This document shows positions 59,158-64,000 of a stretch of 64,000 nucleotides of DNA, piece by piece. Under the pieces are notes generated by a model, which was not told where the DNA came from, did not search any database, and saw only the letters and a list, made by a program, of their open reading frames with translations. The DNA is taken from positions 124,001 through 188,000 of the forward strand of contig MCFH01000024.1 of NCBI GenBank assembly GCA_002104945.1. Direction: 5' to 3'. The DNA comes from Piromyces finnis finn (Eukaryota > Fungi > Neocallimastigomycota). The position numbers and the translations under genes are program-made. The stretch's first letter is position 1. Each line of letters starts with the position of its first letter.

Positions 59158-62100
59158 TTAACAAATGATACAATTTTGTTTTGGAGCTTCTACTCTTTTT
59201 TCATGGGTAATTGGGTTGGTTTGAGTATTAACAAAACTTGTATTTGTAAAACTAGTATTAGCAAAACTATCGTTGTAATTGTTGTCGTTATTATTGTTAA
59301 TGCTACGGTTGAATTTTGAATTATATAACATAAGTCTCTTTTGTTTAGTATTGAATTTTAGTACTCTACCAGTACTATCTGTTTGTTCAAAATATTCTTC
59401 GTCATTTGATGAAGATCCTTCAGAATTTGATGATGATGCTGATTCAGCTTCACTTTCAACATATGGTGATTCAGCATTACTTTCCGATATTTCTCCATCT
59501 TCTAAATCGCTCTTTTCATTTTCTTCACTATCTTTATTTTCCTCACTGTCCTTACTTTCTTCATTGTCTTTACTTTCCTCACTATCCTTACTTTCTTCAT
59601 TGTCTTTACTTTCTTCATTATCTCCGTTTTCTAAATCTATATCCTTTTCTTTAATTTCTTCTTCATCATCTTCTGCCTTATTTTTACCTTTATCTTTTTT
59701 CTTTTCTTCTACTATTTCATTTTGGTTTTCTTGTGCTTCTTCTTCTTTTTCTTCTTCTTCGTTTTTCTTTTCTTCTGTTTTGTTTTCATTTTCTTCATCT
59801 TTCCCTTCTTCATCTTTGTCTTCAGTTGATGGTAATACAGCATTAGATACATTTTCTATTTTTTGCTTCTTGATTTCATTAGTTTCTTCATCAACAATTT
59901 TTCTTTTTTTACAACTTTCATATTCATTATCAACTGTATTTTCACGCTTTCTCTTGCTATGAGATGATTTTTTATTAATAACTAAATCTGGGTTTTCTGT
60001 TTTAAATGAATTAAAAAAAAATACAATGAATATACGATGAATTTTATACTAATATTTTATATTCCTATAATATTATTTATATTAACCTTCAAGTATTCTT
60101 TCATATTCACTGAATGGTACAACAGAAATTTCTTCATTTAACCATTTATCCTTAAAAAGATTAACCATTTTTCTATCAAATACCTTAACAATACAACCAT
60201 ATGAATTCTTATCTAAGCAAACATGAACTCCTCCAATAATACCTTCTTCGAAAGTTTTAATTAAAACTGGTATCTTCCATGAAAGTGGATAGTTATAAGC
60301 ATAAAAGACATTGCTTCTATCAACAATATCTTTATTCAATTTTTAGATTCATAATAATAGTAATAAAAATAAGATAATGAATTTTAATAGATGAAATATA
60401 AATCTATAATATTAATTATTTTTATTGTTAAAATCATTATTTACCATCATTTCCCTTAATAGTTGAAATGTAGGACATATCTGATTGCATGATGAAAACT
60501 CTATTTTTATACTTTTTATATAAATCATTTGAATAAAGTGATAATTTATTTGATTCGTATTCAGTTACTTGAGATAAAAGTTCTTTTTCATTATCAATAT
60601 TTTCTTCAATTCTCTTATTTTCTATATTTACATTAATACAAATATACAATATATAATCGTTTAATACTTATTCTATGTAACGATGGTAATAAATAACAAA
60701 ATTTAATAATTACCTAAAAATGCACTTAATTTAATAAATAATACACCTGTAATATAGGCATCAAAACCAGCTTCATGACATAATTCTAAACTTTCATAGT
60801 TTTTAGATGTAATATCCTCATCATCTGGAATAACCATTAAATCTATAGAGTCATAATATTATATTATTAAAATCCTTATTCCAATTTATTTTTTTAACTT
60901 TTGAATTCTTTTTTTTTTAAATTTACCAATATCTGGACATTCTTTAATAGAACTATCGGCAGTCTTTTTGGCGTCCATTAATGCAGATGAAATAAACATT
61001 TCCTTTATTATTATAATTATTTATATTGTGTTAATATTTAACTGAAAAAAATTCTTTCTTTTTTTTTTTTAAATTATTAAAAAGCAAAGTAATTACTCTT
61101 AATTTATAGGTGCTTTCAATGATATATTTAGTATCGAAAATACTGGATTTATTAGTTTTATTTGTAAAATGAAAAAGTATTAAGGTCCATTAAATAAATA
61201 AATATATATGTATATGCATAATAATAATATTGATAAAAATAATGTATTATGATTAATGTCAATTTTTTTTTAAAAAAAGTATACTTCATTTATAATTGAA
61301 TATTGTAAATTTTCATACGTTGGGAAAAGACTTGAAACCTTCTTTTGGAAATTAGTAAAGTGATGTGGTAAATCTGAATGGAAACCTTGAATTAAATGAC
61401 AAATATCAAGAAGCATATTATGACCAACAATTGGCTTTTTTGTTAAAATTAAGTAATCAATAACTTTACGGAATCCAATTAATTCATTAATTTCATCCTA
61501 TAGATTTTTATATAATTGTATGGTAATATAAATATATATAAAATAATGTATATTTGATAAATACATAGACCATTTCATTCTATTTTATATTTTATAAATT
61601 AATAAGGATTAAATATTTACAGCAAGTTTTTCTTCTTTAGTTCTGAAAGCAAATTTTTCTTCTTCAGTTAATTTTGTTAATTTGATTTCGTCGGATGATA
61701 CAGATTCAGAAGATACAAAACCATTTGTTCTAATTTTTACAAAATAAAAGTTCAATTAATATTTTATTCCGTGTTTATTTTAAATACTTTTGAAAATAAT
61801 TATAATGATGATGCCAATAAAAAATATAGATATTTTTTTCAATTTCATTATTTTTGTTGTTTTGAATACATACAATTTTCTGACTTGTTGATGAATGATT
61901 TTTTTCAAGTATCTATTTGGTGCTTTAACAATTAAAACTTTTTCTGGAGAATTTTGTAAGAAATCATCTAATTGAGCTCTAATAAAAACGATAAGTTGTA
62001 TTATAATTTAAAGAGTGTTAATAAATGTTTTTTTTTCTTATAAAATTATATGAGATAATTTTTTTTCTTTATTATTTGAAATCCCTACATAAAATTCATG

Positions 62101-63165
62101 TAAAAATCTTTATTTCTGTCGTCGATTTTAATTTCACTATCGAATATTTTGGTTAATCTTTCTCTAACTTCTTGTTCTTCTTTTGATCTTAAAAATGGAA
62201 TACCTTTAATAAAAATATAGTTATTGGTGTATAAATATGTATAAATATCTAACCATAAAATAATGTATATATACCATATTTTTATATTTTAAATACCTTT
62301 TTTAATCCATTCATTGAAATTAAAACCATTTTGAATTAAAAATTCTAAACTTTTTCCTTCACAAAGAAAGTATGGTGAAATGTTTAATTCTCTAGATCCT
62401 GTTGCTGGGAAACAATAGAAATTAAAGGCTTTAGCTTTGTATTTCTTATTTTCTTCATCCCAATAAAAGGTACAAAGACCACATTGAGGGACGGCAAATG
62501 ATTTTGCAGAATTTCTTGCTTTTTCATAACGATCTTGAAGGGTATCATAATAGAAATTTCCTTGATCATCAGACTTTTTTAAACCTGTGAAATGTCATTT
62601 CAGTTTTATTATTATACATAATTTATTAGAATTAATTAAAAAAATGTTTTTTTTTATATGAATCATTAATAAAGTGACAAGAAATGTATTCGTTTTTTTT
62701 ATTTTAAAGAAACGTTTATTTTATTTTATTCCTTCTTAATAAATAAATTTGAATTTTAAATGTGCATTTATAAATTATTATTATATAATTGATTTATATT
62801 TTTATGAAAATAAAAATATATGTATATATTTGGTAATTTCAATAAGAATAATAATGTCAATAATGTTTAATATAATAAAACTATAAAAATATTTTAATAT
62901 TATTATAATTTTTATATATTTAAACATTATATTTTATATTGAATTGAATAATTGGAAAAATTTTAAATTAATTAAATTGAAATTCCTTTCTCTCCTCCCT
63001 CTTTTTTTTTTTTTATTATATTTTATTTATTATTTTTTTAAGGCTATTTAAATATAATATATATGTACCAGTAAATTCAAAATCAATAGAAACAAATTGA
63101 CTTTCGTCAATAGCTTCTTTAATTGTTGGTAATAAAAGTTCAAAGTTGCGTTTATTAATTTCCAT
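59158..63165 (-). CDS. PARN: Poly(A)-specific ribonuclease PARN (CAF1/DEDD family) with acidic C-terminal extension ending in CIIC
   Basis: MEINKRNFELLLPTIKEAIDESQFVSIDFEFTG (D,E); VGHNMLLDICH (D); FDTK; CHEAGFDAYITG (D); RRM-like RSNVFYAYNYPLSWK. Last exon 59996-59158 joins in phase 1 (G|AA) and has no stop until ...APKQNCIIC*. Confidence 0.9.
59521..59622 (-). repeat. 18-bp coding tandem repeat (EESKD[N/S]) in the PARN C-terminal extension
   Basis: About 5 units similar to TTCTTCATTGTCTTTACT on the + strand. Confidence 0.8.
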
Positions 63166-64000
63166 TATTTCTTTTTTTTCTTTTTTTCTTTTTTTTTTTT
63201 ACTTCTTTTTCTCTTTTTACCCTTAATTTTACTATTAAAAAAAAAAAAAAAAGAATATAAAGAATTAATCTTTTATTATTATTATTAAGTAATTTGAATT
63301 GATTTTTTATTTTTTTATTATGAATAATGTATGTAAATGTAATAAAATCAATTTTATAATCCAATCATATATTTACATTATATTTAATGTATGGTTAAAC
63401 AATATAAATGTAAAAAAAATTTAAAGGTAATTTTTTTTTTGAGGTAACACAAAAAAAAAATAAACATTATCAATTAAAATTTTATATTAATTAAATAAAC
63501 CACTTAAAATTATTTATTTTATATTAAAAAAATTTAAAATTTTTAAAAAACGTTTTAAATTAATGGTAGTTTGTAGTAGAAATAAGAGAAAGAAGAAGTA
63601 AAAAGGCCATAAGCATTAGTAAATATAATAATAAATTATTTTTTAAAACTAATGATAGAGAAAATAATATTATTATGATTATGCTCAGTAGAAAGATTTA
63701 TTTTTATTATAAATTAATAATTTAATATCAATAAAAGTTACCTATAATAAATAAGTAGTCATAAGAATGAAATTTGTTTAAGAAAAGGTAAGCAAAAAAA
63801 AAAGAAAGAATACTCAATACATTTTATAAATAATGTTTTAATCTCTAATTATTATAAGGAAAAATTATCATATCTTTCCCATTTTGGGATGTTAAAATAA
63901 AGCACAAAATAATAATAATAATAATTAAAATTTTAATAGTTTTTAATTTTCCTATTATTTTTTTTTTCATTTGATTTGTTTTTATTTATTCCGTAATAAT

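Noticed and set aside
59279-59962. 227-aa Ser/Phe/Leu-rich plus-strand ORF and nested 59406-59654 ORF
   Set aside because: Antisense shadow of the acidic last exon of PARN.

Overview
Very AT-rich, intron-rich (GT-AG, CTAA/TACTAAC branch points) eukaryotic DNA with fungal-type genes. Composition and gene content point to an anaerobic gut fungus (Neocallimastigomycota); this assignment is inferred, not proven. Gene models were built by hand from splice signals and recalled family motifs, with no database search. In order: NYN-domain nuclease (runs off the left edge), two tandem intronless Cys-rich secreted/GPI-type paralogs, a Ty1/copia gag ORF with almost all of pol deleted, AVT3/4-like vacuolar amino-acid transporter, coiled-coil orphan, quinolinate phosphoribosyltransferase (BNA6), a decayed non-LTR retroelement fragment, a TM-anchored low-complexity orphan, RAX1-like, LCP5/neuroguidin, an apparently intact CATSPER2-type Ca2+ channel, DDX41, TIM10, a profilin-4-like gene, long-form PEX5, eIF3g, MPP10 and PARN. 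The main points of interest are: (1) a CATSPER2 orthologue with two frame-essential 7-nt micro-exons, about 6 kb from a PFN4-like gene, suggesting a sperm-type flagellar Ca2+ system in zoospores; (2) PEX5 with a PEX7-binding motif, implying PTS1 and PTS2 peroxisomal import in a probable anaerobe; (3) PARN ending in a Ras1-type CaaX box (CIIC); (4) a diversifying pair of surface proteins with a near-identical anchor tail.
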